64,000 nt of DNA from an uncultured delta proteobacterium (GTDB lineage: Bacteria > Desulfobacterota > Binatia > UBA9968). Below, one piece after another: positions 19,590-33,100 of this stretch (position 1 is the stretch's first letter; every line of letters begins with the position of its first letter). Position numbers and translations under genes: made by a program. The notes under the pieces are model-generated. The model searched no databases. It was given only the letters and a program-made list of their open reading frames with translations, and was not told where the DNA came from. The DNA lies in contig CAVYTU010000015.1 of the NCBI GenBank assembly GCA_963771465.1, forward strand, positions 160,001-224,000. The letters are read 5' to 3'.

Positions 19590-20732
19590 ATGATCAAGCA
19601 ATATCTGCTTTCCCCGGGCCCGACACCGATCCCCAACGAAGTCGCGCTGGCGATGTCGGAGACGATGATCCATCACCGCACGCCGCAATTTAACAAGATT
19701 TTCGACGAAGCGCGCGAAAGTTTAAAAAAACTGTTCGGCACCCAAAATGACGTCTTGATGTTGGCCTCCTCCGGCACCGGCGCCATGGAAGCGTCGGTCG
19801 CCAATCTGTTTTCCCCGGGCGATAAAGTGCTGGTGATCAACGGCGGCAAGTTTGGCGAACGCTGGCTGAATATATCCAATGCCTACGGCCTCAATCCCAT
19901 CGAAATGAAAGTTGAGTGGGGCCAGGCCGTCAAAGTCGCCGAAGTCGAAAAGCAGCTCAAAGCCAATCCCGATCTCCAGGGTGTGATGATCCAGGCGAGC
20001 GAGACTTCGACCACGGTGCTCCATCCCATCAAAGAAATCGCCAAGCTGACCCAAAACGGCCCGTTGTTTTTGGTCGACGGCGTAACCGCGGTCGGTGTCG
20101 TGTCGTTGCCGCTCGACGCATGGAGCATCGATGTGTTGGTCACCGGCTCGCAGAAAGCTTTGATGCTGCCGCCCGGCTTGGGCTTCATCGCGCTCAGCGA
20201 CCGCGCTTGGGAAAAAACCAAACAAGCTAAACTGCCGCGCTTTTATTTCGATCTGAATCTCGAACGCAAAAACCAGCAGAAAGGCTCAGGCGCATTCACG
20301 CCCGCGGTGTCGCTGATTTTCGGCGTGCGCGCGTCCTTGCAGATGATCGAGCGCGAAGGGTTGGCCAATGTCTACGCGCGCCACGATCGGCTGTGCCGCG
20401 CCACCCGCGCCGCCGCGACAGCGCTCGGGCTGAAATTGCTCGCGCCGGACAGTCCGAGTCCGGCGGCCACGGGAATTTATCTGCCTAACGGCATCGACGC
20501 TGACGCCGTGCTCGAATATCTGCGCGACAAGATGAACGTCACCCTCGCCGAAGGCCAGGATCAATTAAAAGGCAAAGCGATCCGTATCGCCCACATCGGC
20601 TATATGGGCGCCTTCGATGTCATTACGGCGATCGCGGCACTGGAAATGGCGCTAAGAAAATTCGGCGCCGAGATTCCCTTGGGCCGCGGCGTCGCCGCCG
20701 CCCAGGAAGTATTGATGGAGGCATTGCCCTGA
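19590..20732 (+). CDS. Class V PLP aminotransferase (alanine-glyoxylate/serine-pyruvate family; probable phosphoserine aminotransferase)
   Basis: PGPTP, SGTGAME, ETST, VDGVT, GSQKALMLPPG (PLP lysine). Directly upstream of serA. Confidence 0.88.
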   Translation: MIKQYLLSPGPTPIPNEVALAMSETMIHHRTPQFNKIFDEARESLKKLFGTQNDVLMLASSGTGAMEASVANLFSPGDKVLVINGGKFGERWLNISNAYGLNPIEMKVEWGQAVKVAEVEKQLKANPDLQGVMIQASETSTTVLHPIKEIAKLTQNGPLFLVDGVTAVGVVSLPLDAWSIDVLVTGSQKALMLPPGLGFIALSDRAWEKTKQAKLPRFYFDLNLERKNQQKGSGAFTPAVSLIFGVRASLQMIEREGLANVYARHDRLCRATRAAATALGLKLLAPDSPSPAATGIYLPNGIDADAVLEYLRDKMNVTLAEGQDQLKGKAIRIAHIGYMGAFDVITAIAALEMALRKFGAEIPLGRGVAAAQEVLMEALP

Positions 20733-20736
20733 AAAC

Positions 20737-20806
20737 CGAGGATGGAGGATCGAAGATAGAGGATAGCGAATCAACGCCATCATCCATCCTCGATCATCGA
20801 TTCTCG
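20737..20806. repeat. Heptamer tandem/inverted repeat element
   Basis: GAGGATG GAGGATC GAAGATA GAGGATA-gcg...cgc-CATCATC CATCCTC GATCATC GATTCTC. Confidence 0.85.
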
Positions 20807-20821
20807 ACCCAGAACCTACAC

Positions 20822-23801
<2,980 letters not shown>

Positions 23802-23894
23802 GTAAAACGGTAGGGGGTGCAGGGAAGAGACTTACCCTTCCCTACGTTTCATCCCCTCACGTCATCTCTTTTTAGTGGTAATTCAATATTGACC

Positions 23895-23923
23895 TTGAAT
23901 AGCCGCTGGCGCGTGCTTATCAT
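23895..23923 (+). promoter_or_regulatory. Sigma-70-type promoter for the yqjD-like operon
   Basis: TTGAAT-17 bp-TATCAT. Confidence 0.5.
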
Positions 23924-23958
23924 GTTGGCAGTTGGAAGCTGAAATTACGGGAGGTATC

Positions 23959-24270
23959 ATGGACGGCGAAACTTTTAGCAGCAGGGACAAACTCGTTAGC
24001 GATTTCAAATCTCTCGTCGCTGACGCTGAAGAGCTACTCAGAGCCACCGCCAGCCAGGCAGGCGACAAGATCGGCGTGGCGCGCCAGAAGATCGAGCAGA
24101 GCTTGATCGAGGGCAAGAAGGCATTGGCCGACGCCGAGAAAAACTTGGTGCAAAAATCCAAAGAGGCGGCCGACGTTGCCGATGATTACGTGCGCGAGAA
24201 TCCCTGGAACGCAGTCGGTATCGCCGCCGGCGTCGGCTTGGTGATCGGCTTATTGATCCGCGGCAAATAA
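23959..24270 (+). CDS. DUF883 / ElaB-YqjD family membrane-anchored ribosome-binding protein
   Basis: LVADAEELLRATA; DDYVRENPWNAVGIAAGVGLVIGLL C-terminal TM. GGAGG RBS. Confidence 0.92.
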   Translation: MDGETFSSRDKLVSDFKSLVADAEELLRATASQAGDKIGVARQKIEQSLIEGKKALADAEKNLVQKSKEAADVADDYVRENPWNAVGIAAGVGLVIGLLIRGK

Positions 24271-24280
24271 TCTCGCGCTC

Positions 24281-24691
24281 ATGGCCGATCGAGACCGCCG
24301 CCCGGACGAGGAAAGCTCACCCGGTTATGTGCATTCGTTCAAAGCCGCTATTGCGACTCTGAGCGCTGCATTGCGCACTCGCGCCGAGATTTTTGTCACC
24401 GAGCTCGAAGAAGAGCGCGAACGGCTGAAGCAAACGCTGGTTCTCACGCTCTTAGTCGTCTTTGGACTCAGTCTGGGGTTTATTCTTCTGACGATTTTTT
24501 TGGTCGCGCTATTTTGGGACAAAGGCTGGATCGGCGCGATTGGCGGCCTATCTCTCGTTTATCTCGGCGTCGGCGCCATCGCCGCGTTGAAGCTGCGCAA
24601 CGCAATTCTCAAACGGCCAGGACTATTCCCGACAAGCCTTGCCGAACTGGGCAAGGATCGCGATCGCCTCAAGGCTTGGTCCAATGACTAG
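24281..24691 (+). CDS. YqjE-like membrane protein (phage holin superfamily III domain)
   Basis: TRAEIFVTELEEERER, two TM segments, F..SLAEL.KDR. Follows the yqjD-like gene. Confidence 0.85.
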   Translation: MADRDRRPDEESSPGYVHSFKAAIATLSAALRTRAEIFVTELEEERERLKQTLVLTLLVVFGLSLGFILLTIFLVALFWDKGWIGAIGGLSLVYLGVGAIAALKLRNAILKRPGLFPTSLAELGKDRDRLKAWSND

Positions 24692-24983
24692 TCGCTTGGA
24701 AGAAATCGCCCGGCGCAAGCAAGTATTAGTCGACCAAGCCGCCCGCGAGCGCGCCGAACTGGCACGCATCTGCAGCCAATTAAGATCGCCCCCAGCTATA
24801 GGCTCAACATTCTTGGGAATCGGTAGAGCGTTAAAGTCCCATCCAATCATCGCCGCAGGCGTATCGAGTTTCCTAGTCAGCGGTTACGCCGGAAAACTCG
24901 TGAAATCCACTAGTGGACTACTCAAAGTCTGGCATCTCGCCGCGCCGCTGTGGAGTTGGTGGCGAAAAAAACGTAAGGGTTAG
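24684..24983 (+). CDS. YqjK-like protein
   Basis: RKQVL..QAARERAEL N-terminal helix; overlaps the yqjE-like stop; third gene of the triad. Confidence 0.7.
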   Translation: MTSRLEEIARRKQVLVDQAARERAELARICSQLRSPPAIGSTFLGIGRALKSHPIIAAGVSSFLVSGYAGKLVKSTSGLLKVWHLAAPLWSWWRKKRKG

Positions 24984-25038
24984 CAAACTGCCCTTGCGCA
25001 CTTTGACTTCTGATCTCTGACAGCTAATCTTCATTTGG

Positions 25039-26724
25039 CTATTCCGTCCTCGCCCTTTCGACTTTTCTCGGATCGACAGCGCCGTTCAACGTCGATCCGT
25101 CCCAAGTAATGGCCTGCACGACACCGAGAGCGTTTTGTTCACGAATCGCATGACCGCGCTGTTGGAGCGCCTTTTTCTGCTCCGCATCAATTTTAGTTTC
25201 CACCCCTAGCCGATCGGGGATCCACTGATGATGGATACGCGCGGCATCGACCGCTTGTTTCACCGGCATCTTGAAATCGAGCACGTTGAGAATCGTCTGC
25301 AGCGTCGCATTGATAATCCGCGGCCCGCCCGCCGCTCCGACGATCAGCTCGGGCGAATTGCCGTTGAGAATAATTGTCGGCGACATGCTGCTCAGCGGCC
25401 GCTTCTTCGGTTGCAGTGAATTGGCCTGATTGCCGATCAACCCATAGGTGTTGCCCGTCTCTGGATGGATGGCAAAATCATCCATCTCGTTATTGAGCAC
25501 GATACCGGTCTTTGCCGCCAGCAATTTTGAACCGAAGCGGGTGTTGACCGACTGCGTGCACGCCACGGCGTTGCCAAACCGGTCGATCACGCTGAAATGC
25601 GTCGTGCCGCCCTTTTCGGCATGGTAATCGTAGTAGCCATAAAAACTCGGCGGCTTGGTATTGTCAGGAGCGATCCGACCGCGAATCCACGCGGCGTATT
25701 CTTTCGCCGTGAGTTTTCGTATCGGCACGTGGACGAAATCGGGATCACCCAGATGCGCCGCCCGGTCGGCAAAGGCGTGCTTCATGGTCTCGCTGATCAA
25801 GTGCAAATAGGCGGCCGAGTTGTGTTTGAACTCGGCGAGCTTGTAGCCTTCCAATACATTAAGCATCTGGAGCAGCGCCACGCCGCCCGAACTTGGCGGC
25901 GGCATCGTGATCACCGTGCGATTTCTATAGGTCCCGACCAGCGGTTCACGCCAGATCGCCTTGTAGTTTTTGAGATCGTCGACGGTCATCACGCCGCCGT
26001 CTTTTTTGATCGCTTCGACGATCGCTTGACCGATCCAACCCTGATAGAAAACCGACTCACCCTGCTGAGCGATCGCCCTAATCGTTTCAGCCAGCTCCAT
26101 TTGGCGCAGAATCTCGCCTTGTTTCGGCACCTCGCCATTGGGCGTGTAGATTCGCCCCAAGTCGGGGAAACGCTTCATGTTCGCGAGACCTCGTTCAACG
26201 GCGATCCGTAGCGTCACGTCCACCGCGAAACCTTCAGCCGCGAGTCGGATCGCCGGCGCCGCCAGCACGGACAGCGGCAGCGTGCCGAACTTCTTGTGCG
26301 CTTCAATTAGCCCGGCAACTTCTCCCGGTACGCCGACCGCCAAGGTCCCGGTAAGGCTCAGCTCGGGCACCGCTTTGCCGTCCTTCAAGTATTGCTCGCG
26401 GCGCGACGCCGCGGGAGCGGTTTCGCGAAAATCCAAAGCGAAAGATTTCTTGTCTTTGGCCCGGTAAATCACCATAAAGCCACCGCCGCCAAGTCCTGAC
26501 GAAGCCTGATCGACGACGGAGAGCGCAAGCGCGGTGGCAATGGCGGCATCGACCGCATTGCCACCGCGCTTCAAAATCTCCATTCCCGCCTGACTGGCGT
26601 GCTCACTGTCGGCGACCACAAGGCCGGCGGTGGACGCCAGCGAACGGGGATGAGCATCGGCGGGAAGAAAACTTACGAGAAAATAGAATGAAAAAAGGAT
26701 GCCAAACTTGGTGAATGTTTGCAT
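25039..26724 (-). CDS. ggt: Gamma-glutamyltransferase
   Basis: GGNAVDAA, SGLGGGGF, DFRETAP, TTHFSVID (autocleavage Thr), NNEMDDF, RPLSSMSP. Confidence 0.96.
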   Translation of the reverse strand: MQTFTKFGILFSFYFLVSFLPADAHPRSLASTAGLVVADSEHASQAGMEILKRGGNAVDAAIATALALSVVDQASSGLGGGGFMVIYRAKDKKSFALDFRETAPAASRREQYLKDGKAVPELSLTGTLAVGVPGEVAGLIEAHKKFGTLPLSVLAAPAIRLAAEGFAVDVTLRIAVERGLANMKRFPDLGRIYTPNGEVPKQGEILRQMELAETIRAIAQQGESVFYQGWIGQAIVEAIKKDGGVMTVDDLKNYKAIWREPLVGTYRNRTVITMPPPSSGGVALLQMLNVLEGYKLAEFKHNSAAYLHLISETMKHAFADRAAHLGDPDFVHVPIRKLTAKEYAAWIRGRIAPDNTKPPSFYGYYDYHAEKGGTTHFSVIDRFGNAVACTQSVNTRFGSKLLAAKTGIVLNNEMDDFAIHPETGNTYGLIGNQANSLQPKKRPLSSMSPTIILNGNSPELIVGAAGGPRIINATLQTILNVLDFKMPVKQAVDAARIHHQWIPDRLGVETKIDAEQKKALQQRGHAIREQNALGVVQAITWDGSTLNGAVDPRKVERARTE

Positions 26725-26869
26725 GAGTTGGTTTTTGGTTTAAATCTTTGCCGGCGCATTTGCAATCTCAACGACGCGCTTGGTTCTCTCAACCGGTCCT
26801 TCCCTTGCCAATCCTCACACCCTATTTCATAGTAAGCCAGGCATTCCTCATCGGCGGCGAAAACCAATC

Positions 26870-29800
26870 ATGCGAACCATTCTCGGTCCATTTCATGACG
26901 ATCTCGAAAATGCATTAGTGGATGAAATCTGCCAATTCAAAGCCGGCGACCGGCTCACGCCGCTGCTGATTCTTACGCCCTCCGATCTCATGCGCCGCCG
27001 TTTGAAAATCCTCTTGAGCCGAGAGCGCGGCCTGTCGTTGCTGAATGTTCAACTGCTAACTTTCTACCAACTATCGCTGCGGCTCCAGGCCGAGTGTGCA
27101 AGCGCGCCCCTTGAACTTCACAACGACCTGTTTTTCGAAGAAGCGCTGCGGCAAATTATCCGCGCGCGCCAGCCGGGCGCTGAGCCCTTCGCCGGCATCG
27201 AAGATCGCGCCGGCGGCTGCGCCGCCCTGTGGCAGACACTGCGCGATTTGCGAGACGGCCTCGTCGATCCCACCGTCGCGCTCGAAGCTTTGGGCGAAGG
27301 GCACTTCAGCCAGCGCGCCAGTGAACGGACATCGCAGTTGTTGGTTCTGTTTCGAACCTTTCAAACCTTCTGCCGTAAAAAAAACCTGGCCGATCAAGCC
27401 AACTTGGACCGTTACGCCACCGAGCACGCAACCTCATCCCGGTTTCTCGCCCAGTTCAGCCAGGTTTTTTATTACGGTTTCTACGATCTGACCCAAATCC
27501 AAATTGATTTTTTTCACGCCGTGGCTGGCCACTACCCGACGACGCTGTTTTTCCCGCTGTTGGCCGCCAAGCCGGCGCATGAAGCATGGCGCTTCGCCGA
27601 AAACTTCTACGAGCGCTACGTCCAGGGCCACAGCACCGGGCCGCATACCGAAGCAGCAGAGAAATCTCCGCTACCAACCAGCGCGCGCCTGTTCGATGAC
27701 CAGAAAGATAGAATCTACGCTGAGCTGCCAAAACACTGGCAGTGTCAAATCACCCATACCTTCGGCATCCACGATGAAGTGGCCACGGCGGCGAAAGAAA
27801 TTTTGCGGCTGATCGATGAGCGTCAGTTGCAATTTCACCAGATCGGCGTCGTCGCGCGCGGTCTCGAATCCTACGGCAGCGTCGTCAAGGACATATTTCA
27901 CCAACATTGCATCCCGCTCGCCGGCAGCCTCGAAGAACCGCTCGTGCAGTCGCCCCTGACCAAAGCCGTGATCCTGCTCTTGAACTTACCGGCGAAAGAT
28001 TTTCTCCGCAGTCAGGTGATCGATCTCGTCTCCTCGCCGTATTTTAATTCGCAAACTAGCGCTACGGGCAATTCCCTACCACGCCCGGATCTTTGGGATC
28101 TCGCAACCCGTGAGCTCGCGATCTGTAAAGGCATCGCAGAATGGCGCCGGCTGAGAAATTACCACCACCGCGATTTGCTTCTTGCAGAAATCTCCGACGA
28201 CGACGAACCGCGCAAAATTCGCATCCCCGCGGCACAGTTGGTGGCATTAGCCGAAACCGTCGAGGCGCTGATCGCCGATCTTGTGGGGCTGCCGCCTCAA
28301 GCTTCGTGGCACGACTACGCATTGGCATGGAAGGAATTGCTGAGAAAGTATCTAGGTATCGCGTCAAGCGCCGGCATCGCGAGTTCTACCGAGACAGTGG
28401 ATTCAGCGACGATCCATGATGAGATTCTCGCCGTCTTAGATCAACTCGCCGCTCTCGACGCGATCCAAGAGCAAGTCGCGCTGGGAGATTTTAGCCACAC
28501 CTTTCAACACTGGCTCGAGCGTTCGACGGCCGGCGAGGACAGGCGTAACCGCGACGGCGTCACGCTGCTCAGCGCCACCGCAGCGCGTGGCCTGTCGTTT
28601 CGCGCGCTGTTTTTACTGGGAATGAATGAAGGTGTCTTTCCCCGTACGATCCGCGAAGACGCCTTCCTGCGCGACCCTGATCGAGAAGTTTTGGAGCGCG
28701 ACTTGGGTTACAAGGTCAACCCGAAACTCACCGCGTTCGATGAAGAAAAACTGCTTTTCACGCTGCTGGTCGGCGCCGCGGGCGAACGCCTCTACTGCTC
28801 GTTTCAAAGAGCTGACGACGGTGGCAGAGCATTGGCGCCGTCTTGGTATGTCGACGAGCTTAAACGCGCTCTCGAAAGCGCCGGTCACAAAGTTGCGACG
28901 GTAACGATTCCGCGCAGCATCACTGAAAAAGCCGCCACGGCGCCCTTCCACCGCCCGGAGTTTTTATTGCCGGCAGAACTCGCGATTCGGCTGACGCTCG
29001 AAGGCCAAGACCCCACGTCGCTCATCGATGCCACAGCGCCACTGCCGGCGCTTTACCAACAAGGGCGAACAATCGTCAGCGCGCTCGACCAAGCGAGTGA
29101 GCGTTTGCTGGCCTACGACGGCATGCTCGGAGACATTGACAACTACTGGACACGTTTCTCCGCGCGCGGTCTGTCGCCCACGGCGCTGGAAACCTACGCG
29201 CGCTGCCCATTTCAATTTTTCGCGCGCCACGTGCTGGGCTTGGAGCCGCTCGATCGCCCCGAAGAAATCCTCGGTCCAAGTCCCGCCGAGTTCGGCGAGC
29301 TCGGCCATGAAATTTTGAACCGGTTTTACCGCACGCTGATTGACAGCGGCTACTTTAACGGCAGAGCGAGCGCAACCAACGTAGAGACGATTCTGCTCGA
29401 CGTCGCCGCCCACGCTTTCGCCGACTACCAAGGGAAAAATCCGGTGGGCTATCCGCTGGCATGGGAGAGCTTGAAGGACGGTCTGACTCAACTGCTCTGC
29501 CAAGTGGTCGCAAAAGATCTTGCCGAGCTTTCAATATCAGGCTTTGTCCCGGTGAGTTTGGAAACCGGCGTCACCGGTCGATTGCCCCATGACTGGCCCG
29601 AGCCACTAAACAACCTGGCCATCCGCGGCCGCATGGACCGGATCGATCGTAATGACAACGGGCTTCGGGTAATCGATTATAAATTCAAATTTGGCGCCAG
29701 CCCGGCGACGGCGGATAGAAATCTCATTCGCGCCGCGTTGCGCGGCGAACGTTTGCAGCCGCCATTTTATTATTTGCTGGCCCAACATTGGTCCACCGAG

Positions 29801-30127
29801 CAAAGCGATAATCCTGCGCCGCCTGCCATCGAGGCGGATTTTTACTACATCGCACCGCGCTGGGCCGACGGCCCGCTAATCGCGGCGCCCTACGGCAAAG
29901 CCGGCCTTGATGGCAAAGTCGGCGCGTCGACCCAACAAACCATCGCCTACTTGGCCGAGGGCGTGCGTCAGGGACGCTTCTTCATCAACCGCGGCGAATA
30001 TTGCGGCCGCTGCGAGGTGGCAACCATCTGCCGTAAGAATCATCCGCCGAGCCTGTGGCGCGCCGAAAACGATCCGCGCACCGAGGCCCATCGCGCTTTG
30101 CGCGAAAAAGATCCGAAGGAGTTATGA
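26870..30127 (+). CDS. addB: AddB-like subunit (inactive helicase plus PD-(D/E)XK nuclease with 4Fe-4S cysteines)
   Basis: SPTALETYARCPFQFF, RGRMDRID...VIDYK, CGRCEVATIC. Stop overlaps the addA start (ATGA). Confidence 0.85.
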   Translation: MRTILGPFHDDLENALVDEICQFKAGDRLTPLLILTPSDLMRRRLKILLSRERGLSLLNVQLLTFYQLSLRLQAECASAPLELHNDLFFEEALRQIIRARQPGAEPFAGIEDRAGGCAALWQTLRDLRDGLVDPTVALEALGEGHFSQRASERTSQLLVLFRTFQTFCRKKNLADQANLDRYATEHATSSRFLAQFSQVFYYGFYDLTQIQIDFFHAVAGHYPTTLFFPLLAAKPAHEAWRFAENFYERYVQGHSTGPHTEAAEKSPLPTSARLFDDQKDRIYAELPKHWQCQITHTFGIHDEVATAAKEILRLIDERQLQFHQIGVVARGLESYGSVVKDIFHQHCIPLAGSLEEPLVQSPLTKAVILLLNLPAKDFLRSQVIDLVSSPYFNSQTSATGNSLPRPDLWDLATRELAICKGIAEWRRLRNYHHRDLLLAEISDDDEPRKIRIPAAQLVALAETVEALIADLVGLPPQASWHDYALAWKELLRKYLGIASSAGIASSTETVDSATIHDEILAVLDQLAALDAIQEQVALGDFSHTFQHWLERSTAGEDRRNRDGVTLLSATAARGLSFRALFLLGMNEGVFPRTIREDAFLRDPDREVLERDLGYKVNPKLTAFDEEKLLFTLLVGAAGERLYCSFQRADDGGRALAPSWYVDELKRALESAGHKVATVTIPRSITEKAATAPFHRPEFLLPAELAIRLTLEGQDPTSLIDATAPLPALYQQGRTIVSALDQASERLLAYDGMLGDIDNYWTRFSARGLSPTALETYARCPFQFFARHVLGLEPLDRPEEILGPSPAEFGELGHEILNRFYRTLIDSGYFNGRASATNVETILLDVAAHAFADYQGKNPVGYPLAWESLKDGLTQLLCQVVAKDLAELSISGFVPVSLETGVTGRLPHDWPEPLNNLAIRGRMDRIDRNDNGLRVIDYKFKFGASPATADRNLIRAALRGERLQPPFYYLLAQHWSTEQSDNPAPPAIEADFYYIAPRWADGPLIAAPYGKAGLDGKVGASTQQTIAYLAEGVRQGRFFINRGEYCGRCEVATICRKNHPPSLWRAENDPRTEAHRALREKDPKEL

Positions 30128-33100
30128 GCGTCAAACAAGCCAACGTTGAGCTTCCCGACGCCAATGACCGCCAGGTTGCCGTCACAACGTTCGATCGTAA
30201 TCTCGTCGTCACCGCCGGCGCGGGCACCGGCAAAACCACATTGTTGGTCGATCGACTGGTGCATTTGATCTTGCGCAATCCCGAACCGCTCAAAATCACC
30301 GAGATCGTCGCCCTGACGTTTACCAACAAAGCCGCCGATGAAATGAAGCTCAGGCTGCGCGAGCGTTTGCAGACTTATCTCGCCGTCGAGCTTGATCATG
30401 AGCCGGCGAACGACGGCGAGAAAAAAAATAAGCAAGCGGTCGAGCAGTTGATCGCTCTCTATCAGCTTTCCAAAGCTGAACTGGACAGCCGTATTCACGA
30501 CGCGCTGAGAAATATGGAGCGCAGCGATATCGGCACGATCCACAGTTTCGCCGCGACGTTGCTGCGACTCTATCCGCTCGAAGCCGGCGTCGATCCGCAG
30601 TTTCGGGAAGACGATGGTCGAGAATTTGACCGCTTGTTTGACGAGCAGTGGGATCAGTGGCTTGACGTGGAACTCGCACTATCGAGTCAGCGCGCCGAGG
30701 AATGGCGGAAAATTCTCGCCCGCTGTCAGCTCGATCACATCAAAGTCTTGGCCAAATCGCTCAGCGCGGAAGCGGTCGATCTTCAGCGCAACAGCGATAC
30801 GGTAAACTCAACGCCAGCGGCGCTAACCCACTGGATCGCCCGACTCGATCGCGATGCCCGAGCTTTGAGCGCGCGCCACCCGGAGGACCGGGTCAATGAG
30901 AAGTTAGTGCGCGCCGCGGGCAAAGTTTTAAGCGAATTCAAACGCACTGGTCAACGCGGCGAAACCTGGGCCGACGAACTCGCGTCGCTGAGCGATCAGT
31001 CGATCAGTCGAAACGTGAACGGTTGGGACGAAGTGGACATCGGCAATGCCCAAGAAATGGTCCGCGCCGCCAAGGGACTCCTGAGCGTCGATGGCGAGAC
31101 GACCGAGCGGCTGTGGCGCTTGCTCGCGCCCTTCGCCGAAGATTGCCGCGAACGCTTCATCCGCGACGGCCATCTTTCATTCGACGGCCTACTGGTGCGC
31201 GCGCGCAACCTCGTGCGCGACCAGCGCCGCGTGCGCGCCGACCTCAAACGTCGCTATCGGACGATCCTGATCGACGAGTTTCAGGATACCGACCCGATTC
31301 AATACGAAATTCTTCTCTATTTGGCCGAACGGTCCGGCCAGGCCGCGGCGGATTGGCGCCAGGTCAAAGTCGAGCCGGGAAAAATCTTCGTTGTCGGCGA
31401 TCCAAAACAATCGATCTATGCCTTTCGCCGCGCCGACATCGAGGCTTATCTGGAGGTCGTCGAGAAAATCATCAAAGCGCAAAACGGCCTGGAATGCCGC
31501 CTGACGACGAACTTTCGCAGCGACGCGGCGATCATCGACGCCGTCAACGGCATTTTTGAAAACTTGATTCAGGCCCAGGACGGCTTGCAGCCGCCCTACA
31601 TCGCTATCCAGCCGGCGCCGGGCCGGGCCGCAGCGAGGGCCGGAACTCTCGCCAAGGTCGCTGTCAGAAAAATCGTCACCGAGAAAGAAATCAATGCCGA
31701 AAGCGCGCGCCGCCTCGAAGGCGAGAGCTTGGCGCGCTGGTTAAAAGAAGTCGTGTTAGACAAGGCGCGGATTCTCAACGCTGGCGGTGAAAGCGTCTAC
31801 GTTCAGGCGAAAGACGTCGCCATTCTATTTCGCAAGCTGACCGACATTCACGACTATTTGGAACCGTTTCGCCGCCAGGGTATTCGCTACGTCGTTGAAG
31901 GCGAGCGCCATTTTTACGCCGCCAAGGAAATCATCGACGCGGTGAACCTGCTGCGCGCGGTGGAAAATCCGTTCGATCGCCTGGCGTTAGTCGGCGTGCT
32001 GCGTTCGCCTTTGGGCGGGCTCACCGATCAGCAGATTTATGAACTGCATCGGCAAAACTTGCTCGACTACCGCGCCGCCGCGAAACTCGACGTGAAACAT
32101 TGCCCGCCAATCCTCGCTCAACTTTACGACACCCTGGCCCAACTCAACGTCGAGACTCGCACCTTGGCGATCGGCGCCGCGGTGGCGCATGTGTTCCAGG
32201 TTTTGCCGGTGGAACTGCTCGCCGCCTGCCATTTCCACGGCGAGCAAGCCGTGGCGAATTTGGCAAAGCTCAAGCAACAGGCTGACCAGCTTGGTAGTGA
32301 AGGATTGACCACGCTCAAGGAAGCGATCCGCCAACTCGAACGGCGCGTGCTCGACGTTAAAGAAGAAGGCGAAAGCGTGCTCGCCGAGGAAAATCTCGAT
32401 GCCGTACGCATTATGAGCATTCACAAATCGAAAGGGCTGGAGTTTCCCGTCGTCGTCTTAGCCGGCTGCCAAGCCGGCACCGAGGGCAGACGCAGCAGCG
32501 ACGCGGAATCGACCTACGACTGGTCGACCGGCCTGACCGGGTTACGCATCGGACAGATCGCCGACCTCGCCGGACTCTTCATCCGTGAAAAAACCAGGTT
32601 GAGAAACGCCGGCGAGCAAAAACGCTTGCTCTACGTCGCCATGACCCGCGCGCGCGAGCATTTAATCCTCTCCTGCGCGCCGAGCAACCGGCGCTCGAGG
32701 GGTAGTTTTCTCGCCATGCTCGACGACACGTTGAACGGCGCCATCGGCGCCGCCGACGCAGCAAAAAGCGTTTCGGTCGGCAACGGTACGATCGAGATTG
32801 AAGTCGTGAGCGAAACTCTCAGCGCACCGAGCCGGTCGAACAGTAAAACCCAGCGCGCCAGGAAAAGTCCCAATTGGCAACCCTTCGTCGACACCTGGGC
32901 GCGCCGCACGGCGAACTATGAAAAGGCGCAACAAATGGCGCCCTTCATAACCCCGACGAGTTTGAAACGGCAAGAAGAAACCACAACTGAAGCGGGTAAT
33001 AAAGTTAGCCGCCGCATCGAGCGGCAAACCCCGGCTCTCGTTGTCGGCGATCTCGCGCATCGATTTTTGCAAAATTGGCGGTTCACTGGAGAAAGCAAAA

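Noticed and set aside
24281-24691. Holin suggesting a prophage
   Set aside because: YqjE-type protein in a yqjD/E/K context; no endolysin or other phage genes.
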